This document shows, piece by piece, positions 21,189-33,958 of a stretch of DNA of 64,000 bases. The notes beneath the pieces were generated by a model that searched no databases, was not told where the DNA came from, and worked only from the letters and a program-made list of their open reading frames with translations. How positions within the stretch are numbered: the stretch's first letter is position 1; every line of letters begins with the position of its first letter. The position numbers and the translations under genes were made by a program. The DNA comes from an uncultured Chloroflexia bacterium. GTDB lineage: Bacteria; Chloroflexota; Anaerolineae; Aggregatilineales; Phototrophicaceae. The stretch is taken from NCBI GenBank assembly GCA_963848465.1, contig CAWKDY010000021.1, positions 4,055 through 68,054 on the forward strand. The letters are read 5' to 3'.

Positions 21189-23368
21189 ATGAGCGAAGTA
21201 CCCGCCTATAAAAACCCGAACTTCCCGGTCAAAGCGCGCGTTGACGACTTGATCGCGCGGATGACGCTGGAGGAGAAAATCGGGCAGATGACCCAGTTGG
21301 ATCGGCGCGAACGGGCATCGATCACTGGGATGAGAATCCGAACGTTGGCAGCGTTTTTAACCTTTTGGGCGACATCACCCACCAGCTTCAGGCGAAAGCC
21401 GAGCAAACGCGGCTCGGCATCCCGATCCTGTTTGGCATCGACGCCATTCACGGGCACGGCTTCTGGCACACCAGCACCGTCTTTCCGACTCAGCTCGCGC
21501 TCGCCGGGTCGTGGAATGAGGATTGGTGCGGCAGGTCGGGCACGTCACCGCCGTCGAGACCGCCGCTACCGGCGTGCGCTGGACGTTCTCGCCTATGCTC
21601 GACACCGCGCGCGACCTGCGTTGGGGGCGCATCGACGAGACCTTCGGCGAAGACGCCTATTTGAACGGCGTGCTGGGCGCGGCGCTCGTGCGCGGCTATC
21701 AAGGCGACGACCTGAGCGCGCCGGACGCCATCGCCGCCTGCGGCAAGCATTATGCCGGGTACTCGGAAACGCAGGGCGGGCGCGATGCGTCGGAAGCCGA
21801 TTTGTCGCGCCGGCGGATGCGCTCGATCTTCCTGAAGCCGTTCCGCGCCGCTCAGCGACTGCCGGATGCGCGACCTTCATGGCGGGCTATCATGCCATCG
21901 ACGGCATCCCCTGCACGGCGAATCACTGGCTGCTGACCGACGTTTTGCGCGGCGAGTGGGGCTTCGAGGGCTTCGTCGTCTCGGACTACAACAACGTCGG
22001 CTACATGCACACACTTCAGCGCGTTTGCGCGACCATGGAGGAAGCGGCGCAAGCGGCGGTCGCGGCGGGCAACGACATGGCGATGGAGACGCCCGCCTTC
22101 TACGAGGCGGCGCTGGCGGCGGCGCGCAGCGGCAGGCTTGATGCGGCGCTGATCGACGAAGCCTGCCGCCGGATTCTGAAGGTGAAGTTCGAACTCGGCT
22201 TGTTCGACGCCAACCGCTACCTCGATCTGGCGCAGTTGGGCGCGGCTATCGGCTGCGCCGAGCACCGCGACGCGGCGCTGGAAGCCGCCTGCCAGTCGAT
22301 TGTGCTGCTCAAGAACGCGGGCGATCTGCTGCCGCTGCGCGGCGACCTGAAACGGATCGCCGTGATCGGTCCCAACGCCGACGACGTGAAGGCGCAGCTT
22401 GGCGACTGGGTGTCGTGGGAGCAGCGCGGCGATTCGAATGGCAATGATCGCCCGCGTGACGAGCACGATCACGCTGCTGGACGGCATCCGGGCGCGGGCG
22501 GGCGCGAATTGTCAGGTCGATTACCAGCGCGGCTGCGCCGTGATCGATCCGGCGGACGAATTGATTGACGCGGCGGTCGCGCTGGCGCGCGACGCTGACG
22601 TCGTGATCCTCGCGGTTGGCGACGATCGCGCCAATACCGGCGAGCGGCCGCGACCGGGCGAATCTCGACCTCTCCGGCGCGCAGCAGCGGCTGGTCGAGG
22701 CGGTGGTCGCTACCGGGACGCCGACGGTCGTCGTGCTGGTCAACAGCAAGCCGCTCAGCATTCCGTGGATCGCCGAGCACGTTCCGGCGGTGGTCGAAGC
22801 GTGGAATCCCGGCTCACTCGGCGGGGCGGCGGTCGCCAGCATCCTGTTCGGGGATCGCAATCCCGGCGCGAAGCTGACGATCTCGTTCCCGCATCACGTC
22901 GGGCAGCAGCCGGTTTACTACGACCAGATCCCCGGCTGGCACGTCAATAAATACGTCGATCTGCCGGAGGATCCGCTCTATGCTTTCGGCTTTGGTTTGA
23001 GTTACACGACCTTCGCTTACAGCGACCTGCGCGTCCTGACCAAGACGCTCGGACAAGGATGCAGCCTTGCAGGTCGAGGTCACGGTCAAGAACACCGGAT
23101 CGCGCGCTGGGACGGAAGTCGTGCAGCTTTACGTTCACGATCTGTTCTGCGTCGCTGACGACGCCGATCAAGGAACTGAAGGCGTTTGCCCGCATCGAAC
23201 TCGCGCCGGGCGAGCAGAAAACGGTCTGCGCTCAGCGTGCCTTACGAGCAGTTGGCGTTGATCGACGCCAGCGGTGCAAGCGTGGTCGAGCCGGGCGATT
23301 TCGACGTTATGGTCGGGTCGTCGTCCCGAGACGCCGACCTGCTCAAAGACACGTTTACGGTGCGCTAA
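21189..23368 (+). CDS. Glycoside hydrolase family 3 beta-glucosidase (BglX-like, with Fn3-like domain; multiple frameshifts)
   Basis: MTLEEKIGQ, DAIHG, RDLRWGRIDETFGED, KHYAGY, GFVVSDY, IAVIGPNAD, PLYAFGFGLSYT, EVVQLY. Confidence 0.9.
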
Positions 23369-23389
23369 ACACGCCGTTGAGGTTGCACC

Positions 23390-23426
23390 GTAGGGGCGTC
23401 ATGAGGGGTCGCGCTGTCGCCCCTAC
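23390..23426. repeat. REP-like palindrome
   Basis: GTAGGGGCG...CGCCCCTAC. Confidence 0.65.
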
Positions 23427-23569
23427 ACCCTCATTGAGCCCTACGACCTTTCCTCTCACCGTGACGATGCTCATTCTCACGGCGTGATCTATTTCCCCGA
23501 TCTCCGCCCCGTGATCGTTCTGCAAATTGGTGGCATGATAGAGTCACCAAATATTTTGGAGATAATCTA

Positions 23570-23798
23570 ATGGTCGAATTTCTGGCAAGTGTTGCGGGTC
23601 GGAATTTGCGTATCGCGGTTGGTTTGGTCTTGATCGTGATCGGGCTGCTGGTCGTCAAGGAATCATTGGGGTTGGTCGTCGCGGTGATCGGTCTGGTGCC
23701 GCTGTCGGCGGGGCTGCTGGACATCTGCTTGATTGCGCCGCTGGCTGGGCAAGCCGCTCTCCGGCTACGCGATTCGCCACCAGCAATCGGCGCACTAG
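23570..23798 (+). CDS. Small membrane protein, DUF2892/YgaP-like (end approximate)
   Basis: GRNLRIAVGLVLI...IGLVPLSAGLLDICLIAPL; GGAG RBS. Confidence 0.7.
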
Positions 23799-23807
23799 TA
23801 AGCGACT

Positions 23808-26766
23808 TTAGCCCCGCGTCGGCAGGAAGGTTTTGTCGCAGGGGAAGATCAGCCGGAAACGGCTGCCCTGACCGGGTTCGCTCTCGACTTCGATGCGCCC
23901 GCCGTGCCGCTCGGCGATCTTGCGGGCAATCGTCAGCCCTAAGCCGAAGCCGCGCACGCTCCGGGCTTGATCGGCGCGGTAGAAGCGGTCGAAGATGCGC
24001 GGCAGTTCCTCGGCGCTGATGCCGACGCCGGTGTCGCGCACGTCGATGGCGATCTCTTGGTCGCTCAGCGGGTAGCAGCGCACGCTGACCTCGCCGCCTT
24101 CGGGCGTGTAGGTCACGGCGTTGTCGAACACCGCCTTGAACATCGTCATCAGTTCTTCCATATCGCCCCAAATGCGATACGGTTCGGGCGCGAGTTCGAG
24201 CGTGAACGTGATCTCTTTGTGCTGCGCCGACGCCTCGATGTTCATGCTGATCGCGGTCAGCAGGTGATTGATGTCAATCGCTTCGACGGTGGTATCGGTC
24301 AGGCTGTCGAGCCGGGACATCGTGATCAGCGACTCGACCAGTTGCAAAATGCGCTCGGTCTGCTCCTTGATGCCCTCGATGTAACCGCTCTGCTTCTCCG
24401 GGTCTTTGACCTTTTCCATCAAATACAAGCGCGTGTTGATCACCGAAAGCGGCGTCCTGAACTCGTGCGAGGCGTCGCGCACGAATTCGGAGAGAATGCG
24501 CACGCGCTCCCGCTCGATGGCGAGCTGCATGGCGTGATCCGACGCTTGGCGGCGGTCGGTGATGTCGGTCATGATGCCGTCGATGCGCAGCGGGTTGTCT
24601 TGCGGGTCGCGCACGAGCCAGAAGCGGTTATGCACCCAGCGCAGCGCGCCGTCGCGCCGCACGATGCGGTAATCGGTGTCGATGCGTTCGCCATCTAGGG
24701 CTTGGTCGAGCTGCGCCGCGAACGCAGTTGCGGTCATCCGGGTGAACGATGTCGATCAGCAGCCGGTGATTGGTCAAGATGTCGCTGGGAGAGTAGCCGG
24801 TAAAGGTCTCGATGGTCGGGTTGACGTAGACCAGTTCGTGCGTCCCCGGCTGCACCGACCAGACCGCATCCTGCATCGAACTGAGGATGCTCATCAAGCG
24901 CTGCTCGCTGGCTTCGAGGGCGCGCTGAGCGCGGCGCTGCTCGCTGACGTCGATGATCACCACGACGCGGAAACGCTCGCCGTTCTCCTGAATCAGCAGG
25001 CTGTTGTAGGCGCTGACCTCGAAGGGCGTGCCATCCTTGCGCATCACGCTCCATTCGAGCATGGTTTCGTTCGGTGCGTCGCCCTGCATCACGACGTCGT
25101 GCATCTCCTGAGCGCGCTGCGCGTTCTTCCGGCGGAAAGACGAGGCTGAAGTGCTTGCCGATCAACTCGTCGGGGCTGTAGCCGTAGATTTGGCAGTAGG
25201 TGTGGTTCACCTGCGCGAACAGCCCGCGCTGCGTCGATCACGCTGATGCCGACCAGCGCCGATTCGTAGATCGAGGTGAACAGGCGCTGACTTTCGCGCA
25301 GCGCTTCTTCGGCGAGCTTTCGCTCGGTGATGTCGCGGTTGGTGACGACGACGGCGATAATCTTGCCCGTCGGGGTCGTGCAGCGGGCGTGAAAATGCTC
25401 TCGAAGTTGCGCAAGCCCTGTACCGTCGGGAAGGCTTCCTCAAGCGTGACGCTGGCTCCCGGTCGCAAAGACCCGCTTCACTTCCGCTTCGGCGCGCTCG
25501 CCGTTGTCGCCGGGGAAGCCGAGTTCGCGCCACGTCTTGCCGATCACCTGTTCCGGCTTGAGGCTGGTATTCCGCAGCGCCGAGGGGCTGGCGTAAAGGA
25601 ATTTGCTCTCCGCGGTCGAACATCAGGAACGTGTCCGGCGTGGTCGAGAGCACCGCGTCGAAGATGCGCGTCTGCTGTTCGAGTTCGGTCGCCAGCTTGC
25701 GGAGTTCCGCCTCGGACGCTTTGCGGTCGGTGATGTCGCGGATGGTGTTGAGCATGAAGACGACTTTGCCGTCCTTGTCGTGGATCGGCGTGAGCGTCGT
25801 CATGAAATCGTGCAAGCCGTCCAGCGTCGGGAACTGCTCCTCGTAGGTGATCGACTTGCCGGTCGTGAAGACCTGCTCCAGCCGCTGATCGAAGACCAGC
25901 CCGGCTTCTTCCGGGAAACCGAGTTCGCGCCACGTTTTCCCGGTGACCTGCTCGGTCGTCAAGCCGGAGTTTTGCAGCCCGCGTCGTTGACGTAGAGATA
26001 ATGTCCGTCACGGTCGAACAGGATGAAGGCGTCGGGCGTCGCCGCGAGAATTTCGTCGAGCATTCGCACCTGCTGCTCGACTTCTTCCGCCAAGCTTCTC
26101 GACGACGGCTTCGGTCTCTTTGCGCGGGCTGATGTCGCGCTGGAACACGGCGACTTGATCGCCCAGCGGGATGACCTGCGAATAGATACCAGCCCGTCTT
26201 GTCGATCCGATACTCGTGCAGCTCGGTGTGATAGACCTCGCCTTTTTCGACCACAGCGATCAAGCGGTCAAACAGCGCTTGCGAGTTTCGATCGGTCAGC
26301 GTTTGCCGCAAGCTGCTGCCGATCAGTTGGTCGGGCGGGGTCGTCGCCTGCGAGAAACCGCGCGCGTTGGCATCGATGCAGACTAAGTCGGTGATGTTGC
26401 CGCTGTCGTCGCGGATGCATTGGAACAGATAGAAGCACTCGATGCCTTGCTTCGATGGCGGCGCGCGCGCTGCTCGACGTTGGTCGGCTGCAAGGTGATC
26501 AGTTGGGCGGGCTGGCCGTCGTGATCGACGGCGGCGCGGGTCAGCGTCACGGCGATAGGGCTGCCCGATTTGCACTTGCAGTGCGCGACCAGCGCGCCAG
26601 CGCCGATCGGCTCGAGCACGTCGGCGGCGCGCATCCCGGCTAAGTCGCCGGCTGAGTAGCCGGTGAGGTCAGCGGCGGCAGTATTGGCAAAAACGATCCG
26701 GTCATCCTGCTCAAGCAAGAGTGCTGCCGGGATTGCGTTTAGCCAGTCGGCTGACTTCACTGCCAT
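23808..26766 (-). CDS. Multi-PAS sensor histidine kinase (multiple frameshifts)
   Basis: ASHEFRTPL H-box, DNAVTYT N-box, DTGVGI, FDRFYR, GFGLGL; several upstream PAS/PAC domains. Confidence 0.9.
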
Positions 26767-26875
26767 TACCTGCTCCTCAAAGGGTGACGAACGACGATTT
26801 CCGATGAAACAATCCGTACTCGCCGCATATTGTAGAAAAAAGCCGGGACTTTGCCACTAGTCCGCCAAGTCCGAT

Positions 26876-28781
26876 TCAATCGAGCAGGCGCTCCCACTCC
26901 GCCATCGTCGCGTGAAGCTCGGCTTCGGCGTCGGTGTAGGCGCTGCCGAGCACGCGCACCCGATCGGCATCGGCGGCGGCGCTGGCGGTGCCGATCGCGG
27001 CGGTGACGATTTCCTCGAGCCGCGTCTCAAGCTGCGGGATCAGCGCTTCGAGTTCCTCGATCCGCTGCTGAAGCTGGCGCGGGGTCAGGCCATGTTTCTT
27101 TTCGGCGGATTTTGACGGCGACGAGCCGTTCCCCTGCTTCGCCTGCGCTTGCTGCTCGTTCAGCGACAGCCGCCGCCTGCCGGGCTGCCGTTCGCGCCGC
27201 CAGATATTCCTGATACGTCCCCTTGAACACGTCGAGCTCGCCGGGGCTGACCGCCCAGATTTGCGTCGCCAGCGCGTCGATCAGGTAGCGGTCGTGGCTG
27301 ACCAGCAGGATCGTCCCGGCGAAGTCCGCCAGCACGTTCTGCAAAATCTCCTGACTGTCGATGTCGAGGTGATTGGTCGGCTCGTCCAGCAGCAGGAAGT
27401 TCGCGCCGCCGAGCGCCAGTTTCGCCAGCGCCACCCGCCCGCGCTCGCCGCCGCGACAGCGTGCGGATCGGGCGGAACACGTCGTCGCCCTGGAACATGA
27501 ACTGACCGAGATAAGTGCGCGCCTCGGTCAAGCCCATCGCCTTGACGGTCATGATCTCGTCGAGGATGCTGTTGTCCTCGTTCAGCAGTTCGTGCGCCTG
27601 CGCGAAGTAGCCGATCTGCACCGACGCGCCCAGCTTCGACCTCGCCGCCGAGCGGGTCAAGCTGCCCGATCACCGTCTTGACGAAGGTGCTTTTGCCGAC
27701 GCCGTTCGGTCCGATCAGCGCCGCGACTTCGCCGCGCAGCAGCACGATGTCGGGCGCTTGAAACAGCGGCTCGTCGGGTAGCCGACGGTCAGCTGCTTGG
27801 TTTCCAGCACTTTATCGCCGCTGCGCAGCCCGGCGTTGATGTGCAGATTCATGTTCTGGCGGTCGCGCGGTCGCGCGATCAGTTGGTCGCGCTTGAGGCG
27901 TTCGAGCCGCGTGCGCCGTCCCTGCGCCTGCTTGGTGTTCTGCCCGGCGAGGTTGCGGCGGATGTATTCTTCCTCTTTGGCGATGAACTCCTGCTGCGCC
28001 TCGTACTCTTTGAGCAGGCGCTCGTGGCGTTCCTCGCGCTGGGTGAGGTAGTGGCTGTAGTTGCCGCGATAGGTTTCCAGCGTGCCGAAGTCGAGTTCCC
28101 AGACCGTGCGGGCGACGGCATCCATGAAGTAGCGGTCGTGGCTGACGACCACGCACCGCGCCGGCGAAGTCGTTGAGGAAACCTTCCAGCCACTCAATCG
28201 CCTCGATGTCGAGGTGGTTGGTCGGCTCGTCCAGCGCCAGCAGGTCGGGCGCTTCGAGCAGCAGCCGACCGAGCAGCGCGCGCGTCTTTTGCCCGCCGGA
28301 AAGCTGCGTCAGCGGGCGGTCGTAGTCTTCCGGCTTGAAGCCCAAGCCGTGCAGGACGCGTGCGCATCCGCTGCTCGTAGGTGTAGCCGCCCGCGAGTTC
28401 GAAGCGCTCTTGCAGTTCGCCGTAGCGGGCGAGCGCGGCGTCGTGCTGCGCGTCGGCGAGTTCGTGCTCCAGCCGGGCGAGTTCGGCTTCCTGCGCGCGC
28501 AGGTCGGTGAAGGCGGTCAGCAGTTCTTGCCAGACGCTGTGATAGCCGTGCAGTTCGGGGCGCTGGGGCAGAAAGCCGATCCGCACGCCGCGCGCCCGCG
28601 TGATCGTCCCGTCGCTGGGCAAATCCAGCCCGACGATCAGGTTGAGCAGGGTCGTCTTGCCCGCGCCGTTGGGTCCGACCAGCGCGATCCGCGCGCCGTG
28701 CGGGACGTCAATCGTGACGCCGCTGAAAATTTCGTCGGGACCAAATTCTTTGCTGAGATTGTTCGCAGAAATCAGGGACAT
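26876..28781 (-). CDS. ABC-F family ATP-binding cassette protein (frameshifted)
   Basis: Two ABC domains (GPNGAGKTT, LSGGQKTR, DEPTNHLD; GPNGVGKST, DEPTNHLD), linker, C-terminal coiled coil ending MAEWERLLD*. Confidence 0.92.
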
Positions 28782-28863
28782 AATCGCTGGCTGGTGGTTG
28801 CTTACAGTTGCTTACAGACCGAGACGATTATAGCAGAAAATCGCGCTCGTTCCGTACCGCTTT

Positions 28864-28913
28864 GACCCCACCCCCGCGCTGCGCGCTTCCCCTCCCCGAA
28901 TTCAGGGAGGGGA
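28864..28913. repeat. Intergenic palindrome, family B
   Basis: CCCCACCCCC...TCCCCTCCCCGAATTCAGGGAGGGGA. Confidence 0.6.
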
Positions 28914-28999
28914 GCGTACAAAAGACTCGGCTTGCCGGCGCGTTGGGAAATGCCCAATCACGTTTTTGCGGTGACTGCTGCGCTATTGCGATGGGCTGG

Positions 29000-29520
29000 T
29001 CAGCTTTCGAGCGGAAGCCGGGTGTGATAGGGATTCGCGCCCCCGGCGAAGGGCGCGCCGAGCACGCCTTCCAGCAGCGCCAGCGTCGGGTCGTCGTCGC
29101 CGACGTAGACGGCGATCACGCGGTCGGCGCGGTAGAGGTGCGGCGTGGCGATCCAATTGACCAGCGTCACGCCGATGTTCCCGCTGATCCACGCGCCATC
29201 CGACGAAAAACGGGCGGCGTCGGCGCGGGCAGCGGCGGCGTCGAGATACTCGTAAACTTGCAGGCGCTGGCTGTTCACGCGCAGGATCACGCCCGCGCTT
29301 TGCAGAAACGACTGGGCAACGCGCCTTCCGGGGCGACGAGCGCGCCCGCCGTGCGCAGCGCGTCGGCGAGGCTGTGGCTGTCGGTCACGGCTGTGACTGC
29401 GGTTGGCGGCAGTGTCGGTTCGTCGAGTGCAATCGCCCATGACTGAGGCATCGCCTGACCGCACGCCGCCGCAAGCAGCAGCGCGATCAGCAGGATCAGT
29501 GGAACGATCGAGCGGCGCAT
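29000..29520 (-). CDS. Hypothetical lipoprotein (frameshifted)
   Basis: MRRSIVPLILLIALLLAAAC lipobox; C-terminal WIATPHLYRADRVIAVYVG...LGAPFAG; GAAAGGA RBS. Confidence 0.7.
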
Positions 29521-29550
29521 AGAAAACCATCCTTTCCGTTCTACAGACGT

Positions 29551-29579
29551 TAGACGCCGCAAATGCCGAAAAGGTTGCA
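29551..29579 (-). promoter_or_regulatory. Putative ECF sigma promoter TGCAAC-N17-CGTCTA
   Basis: Lies 30 bp upstream of the lipoprotein ATG; shares TGCAACCTTTTCG with 52166-52194. Confidence 0.7.
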
Positions 29580-29729
29580 AATTAAGCGTGGAGTTATTGG
29601 TTGTCAGTTTTTAGTGATCGACGTTTGGCTTTATGCAGAACGCGGGTGAGTGTGCTGAATTCTGCGACCAATCGGACTAGCAGCGGATCGGAACTCAAGA
29701 ACTAATGACTAATCAGCTAAAAGCTAGAG

Positions 29730-30853
29730 TTATCCCGTGACGAAATAGCTCTGGCGCAGCGGGTGCGTCCCGGCGCGCGTGAACAGCGCCGCGCCCAACC
29801 CGGCGGCGCTCAGGACGTTCAGCGCGAGGAAACTCAAGACGAAGCCGAAGGGCAGCAGCGCGATCCCCGCCAGCAGCAGCGCAATGATGACGCTGCCGAC
29901 CAGCGCGGCGATCATCGGCGGCGTGCCGGGTCGGGCGGCGCGACGGCGCAGCACCCAGTCGCCGATCATCAGCGCCAGCGTGATCAGCCCGGCGAGGCTG
30001 AGGATGCCGAGCAGCAGCCCGACGATCAGGAACAGCGGGATCAGCAGCAAGCCCAGCGGCGGCACGACCGCCAGCACGAAGATCATGACCAAGAACAAGC
30101 CGATCATCAGCAGGTAGACGGCAATGCCGACGCCGCCGAACCCGCGCGGGCGGGCGCGCAGCGCTTCCTCGATGTGGCTGATCTGGCGCGGGAACAGCGT
30201 CACCGCCAGCGCCGACGTTCCGGCGAGGATCACCGTGCCGAAGATCGCCAGCACCAGCGCGCTCGCCGGGCTGATCTGGATCATCGTCCCGGCAGTGTCG
30301 CGCACCGCCGAGTTTCGCAGCGCGATCAACGCCGTGAAGGGCGCGAAGTTCTCTTGATTGCAGCTTAGTTCGGCGGGAGTTCTGCCGCCCGTCCTTGATC
30401 GTCTTGACGCAGGCGTTCAGCGTCCCGTTGACCTGCGTATCGGGCAGGATGGTCAGCGTTTCGCCGCTGACGTACAGCTCGCCGTCGATCTGCCCGCTCA
30501 GCGTGACGTTGGTCCCGACGAGGCTGGCTTGTCCGGCGACGTGGGCGGTCGGGTCGATCAACAGGGTCGTGCCGAGCGCCGTCAGATCGCCGCCGACTTG
30601 CCCGCTGACGCGAATCGTGTCGCCGACGAGGGCGGCGCTGCCGTCACCTGGCTGGCAGCGTCCAAGCCGATCGCCTTGCCAAAGACGACCAGATCGCCCG
30701 CGTGAGTCTCGCTGAGGCGATAATTTTCTTCGGCGATGATGTTCTTTTCGTCGATCACGTCGCGCGGGGTGACGATCTGGTGTGCCAGCGCGGTCAGCGC
30801 CAGCACGACGACGACGGCTGCGCCAAAGATTAAGAGTTACGGCGGCTACGCAT
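29730..30853 (-). CDS. Membrane protein with N-terminal polymer-forming (bactofilin-like) beta-helix repeats (frameshifted)
   Basis: Signal/TM segment, V-x-G repeats (HAGDLVV, VAGQASLVG, IDGELYVSG, VNGTLNA), then several TM helices. Confidence 0.7.
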
Positions 30854-30867
30854 TGCGTTCTCCTGCC

Positions 30868-31404
30868 CTAGAGTTCTTCCCGGTTTTGCCACGCAAACCG
30901 CACCAACCAGAACAAGGCAATCGGGATGAGCGTCAGCATCAGCGCTGGCACTTCGGGATAGGTCTGGAGCATTTGCTGTGCATTCTGGACTAAGCTATCG
31001 AGCGAATTCATCACCAGCGCCAGCAGGTTGACGACCTGCCCGATCAACACGGTCAGCGCCGACGCGCTGCCGATCACGTTCAGGATCAACCAGCCGATGC
31101 CCGCCAGCAGCGGCGCCAGCACCAGCGCGATCACCGCCAAGCCGAGCGCCAGCGCCAGCCCGGACGAGCGCGTCAACTGCTCCGGCTGCAAGCCTTCCGC
31201 CAGCCGCGCCATGATCTTGAGCGCCAAGCCCTGCGGCGCGCGCTCGTAGGGCGCGGCGCGCAGCATCCGATCCACCTGCTTGAGCCGGCTGAATTCGTCG
31301 GCGTCGGCGGGCGATTGGTCGATCTGCGCATACAGTTCGTTCAAAACCTCCGCCGGGAGATTCTTATCGAGCGCTTCCTGCATCAGTCGGTTTTGTCGTG
31401 ACAT
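30868..31404 (-). CDS. Putative membrane anti-sigma factor
   Basis: Overlaps the sigma stop; cytoplasmic N-terminus (MQEALD...APQGLALKIMARL) followed by TM helices. Confidence 0.7.
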   Translation of the reverse strand: MSRQNRLMQEALDKNLPAEVLNELYAQIDQSPADADEFSRLKQVDRMLRAAPYERAPQGLALKIMARLAEGLQPEQLTRSSGLALALGLAVIALVLAPLLAGIGWLILNVIGSASALTVLIGQVVNLLALVMNSLDSLVQNAQQMLQTYPEVPALMLTLIPIALFWLVRFAWQNREEL

Positions 31405-31997
31405 CACGCATTCTCCAGTAAAGGCGTTATCGCGCTGGATGCCGTCTTCGGGTTGATCTTTTCGGCAAGGATTTGCCGCGCGCGGAACAAGCGGCTCTTA
31501 ATCGCGCTTTCGGTCGTGTCCAATACGTCGGCAATCTCGCTGTAAGAAAAGTCATACCAATAACGCAAAACTACCGCTGCGCGGTAATCAGGGCTGAGTT
31601 CGTTCAGAATCGACTGGATGGCGGCGCTCTGCTCGTGGCGGATCAACTCGTCTTCCGGTTCGGGTTCGTCGCTGCTGAGCGTCAAGTTGGGCAGCGGATC
31701 GTCAATCGAGAGCCACGTCATCCGGCGACGGCGCAGCCGGTCGATGCAGTGGTTCGAGGCAATCGTCATCACCCACGTTTTGAACGAGCGCGCCGGGTCA
31801 TAACGTTGGAGATTCAAGTAGGCGCGCAAAAAGGCTTCCTGCGCTGCATCTTCCGCTTCGGTACGTTCGGACAACATGCGGTAGCACAGGTTATAGACCG
31901 AGTCTTGGTAGGTGTAGACCAGTTCCGCGAATGCGTCCTGATCGCCCTCCATAGCGGCTTGTACCCATTCAAGGACTACCGGGTCGGGTGTAGACAC
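31404..31997 (-). CDS. ECF RNA polymerase sigma factor (SigW/RpoE-like)
   Basis: GDQDAFAELV, AEDAAQEAFLRAY, FKTWVMTIASNHCID, SYSEIADVL...IKSRLFRAR; GTG 31997 with upstream GGAG. Confidence 0.93.
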   Translation of the reverse strand: MSTPDPVVLEWVQAAMEGDQDAFAELVYTYQDSVYNLCYRMLSERTEAEDAAQEAFLRAYLNLQRYDPARSFKTWVMTIASNHCIDRLRRRRMTWLSIDDPLPNLTLSSDEPEPEDELIRHEQSAAIQSILNELSPDYRAAVVLRYWYDFSYSEIADVLDTTESAIKSRLFRARQILAEKINPKTASSAITPLLENA

Positions 31998-32077
31998 GAA
32001 ATCACTTTCTCCAACAGCAGCCAACCGCGCCAGCCGCGAGCGCGCTCTCGCTTTGATGTGCGTGGCTTGTGTCAATC

Positions 32078-32105
32078 TATACGCAGCGTTGGCGTAGAAG
32101 TTGCG
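32078..32105 (-). promoter_or_regulatory. Putative autoregulatory ECF promoter CGCAAC-N16-CGTATA
   Basis: About 80 bp upstream of the ECF start; AAC/CGT elements typical of ECF promoters. Confidence 0.65.
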
Positions 32106-32460
32106 GTTTGGGTTGACGACTATTCATGATTATACGACGTTCGGGGGTAGAAGGCGGGGCTAGGGTCTGTGTGATTCCTCGTAGTCTTAAATGATCTGCG
32201 TGAATGGCATCGTCCAGGTGCGTCGGACGTGAGCGTGCTCTATGAATAGTCGCTGCTCGATCCCACCATCAAGTAATCGCGCCGGGACTTCAAAGCCGCG
32301 CTTGGAGCCAGTGCTTCGTATTCTTTTTGGGCTTCGGTCGTGAACAGTTTGTCCGCCATTGTTCCGCCCTCGCTTTTGCGTCATTATCGGGCTTATTAAA
32401 CGCCCTCAATGAAAAGCGTCGCAGAATGAATCACTCGCGACGTTTACTCAGTACTATCTT

Positions 32461-33808
32461 TTACACCAATCCCGCGTCTTGCTCGGCTTGAGTCAGCGAT
32501 TGATCGAACAGTTGCAGCCCTTCGTCGAGCGTGTCGCGCTCGATCATCAGCGGCGGGCAGAAGCGGATCGTGCTCTCGCCCGCGCCCAAGACCAGCAACC
32601 CGTTGTCGATGCCGTGGCGTTCCAGCCCGTTACGGACGGCTTTGGCGGGCGTCCGCGCTTCGTCGAGCACCAGTTCCGCGCCGACCATCAAGCCCTTGCC
32701 GTCGATCCGCCCGTGCCGCATCGACGGGTGATTGGTCCGCAGTTCTTCCAGCGCGTCGAGCAGGTATTCGCCTTGTTCGGCGGCGTTCTGCATGTAGCCG
32801 TGCTCGATCAAGTCGATGGTCACCAGCGCCGCCGCGCACGAAACCGGATTGCCGCCGAAAGTCGAGCCGTGCGCGCCGGGGGGCCACGCCATGATGTGCT
32901 GCTTGGCGATGATCGCGCCCAGCGGCATCCCGCTGGCGATCCCCTTCGCCGAGCAGACGATGTCCGGCTCGACGTCGTGATGCTCGATTGCCCACCATTT
33001 GCCGGTGCGCCCCATGCCGCTCTGCACCTCGTCGGCGATCAGCATGATGCCGTACTTGTCGCAGATGGCGCGCAGCTGCTGGACGAAGCGGCTGTCCGGC
33101 ATCAGGTAGCCGCCCTCGCCCTGAATCGGCTCAAGGATGATCGCCGCGACCGAGTCGCCGGGGAAAATGCGCTTGAAGACCACGTCTTCGAGGTAATCGG
33201 CGCACATGCAGTGGGCTTCGCAAGCGGCTTGCTCGCGCCCGTGCATACAGCGATACGGGATTGTTGTAGGGGATGTGATAGACGCCGGGGATCAGCGGGA
33301 AGAAGCCGTCGCGCTGGACGACCTTGCTGGCGGTCAGCGAGAGCGCGCCCATCGTCCGCCCGTGAAACGCGCCGAAGAAGGCGATAATGTGCTGGCGACC
33401 GGTCACCCAGCGCGACATCTTGACCGCCGCCTCGACCGTCTCCGCGCCGGAATTTGCCAGAAAAACGCGGGCATCTTCGCTGAACGGGGCGATCTCCGCC
33501 AGCTTCTCGGCGAGCCGCACCTGCACGTCGTAGTAATAGTCCGTCCCGGCGATGTGGATGAATTTCTGCGCCTGCTCGGTGATCGCCTTGACGACCGCCG
33601 GATGGCTGTGCCCGGTCGCGGTCGTGGCGATCCCGGCGGCAAAGTCGATGTATTCGTTGCCATCGACGTCCCAGACGCGCGCCCCTGATCCGTGATCCAT
33701 CACAAACGGATAGCGCGGCACCGACGAGCCGGACATCAGCTTGTCGTCGCGCGCGATAATCGCCTGCCCTTTCGGACCCGGACGGAGCGAAGTGTCGGTT
33801 ATCATCAT
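32461..33808 (-). CDS. Class III aminotransferase (GABA/acetylornithine aminotransferase family; frameshift near 33250)
   Basis: WDVDGNEYIDF, NSGAETVEAA, AFHGRT, EPIQGEGG, DEVQSGMGRTG, PDIVCSAKG, TFGGNP. Confidence 0.92.
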
Positions 33809-33958
33809 TGAACTCCAGTGAACTGCGAAAAAAAGAATAGCGAGGTTTATTAAACGCTTATCCTCATCAAGTGGGCTGATTATATCGACCCGACAGATTG
33901 TCGGCAATCGCCGCCGCATTGGGTAGAATAGCCGATCTACGAACGATCACAGAGCGTT

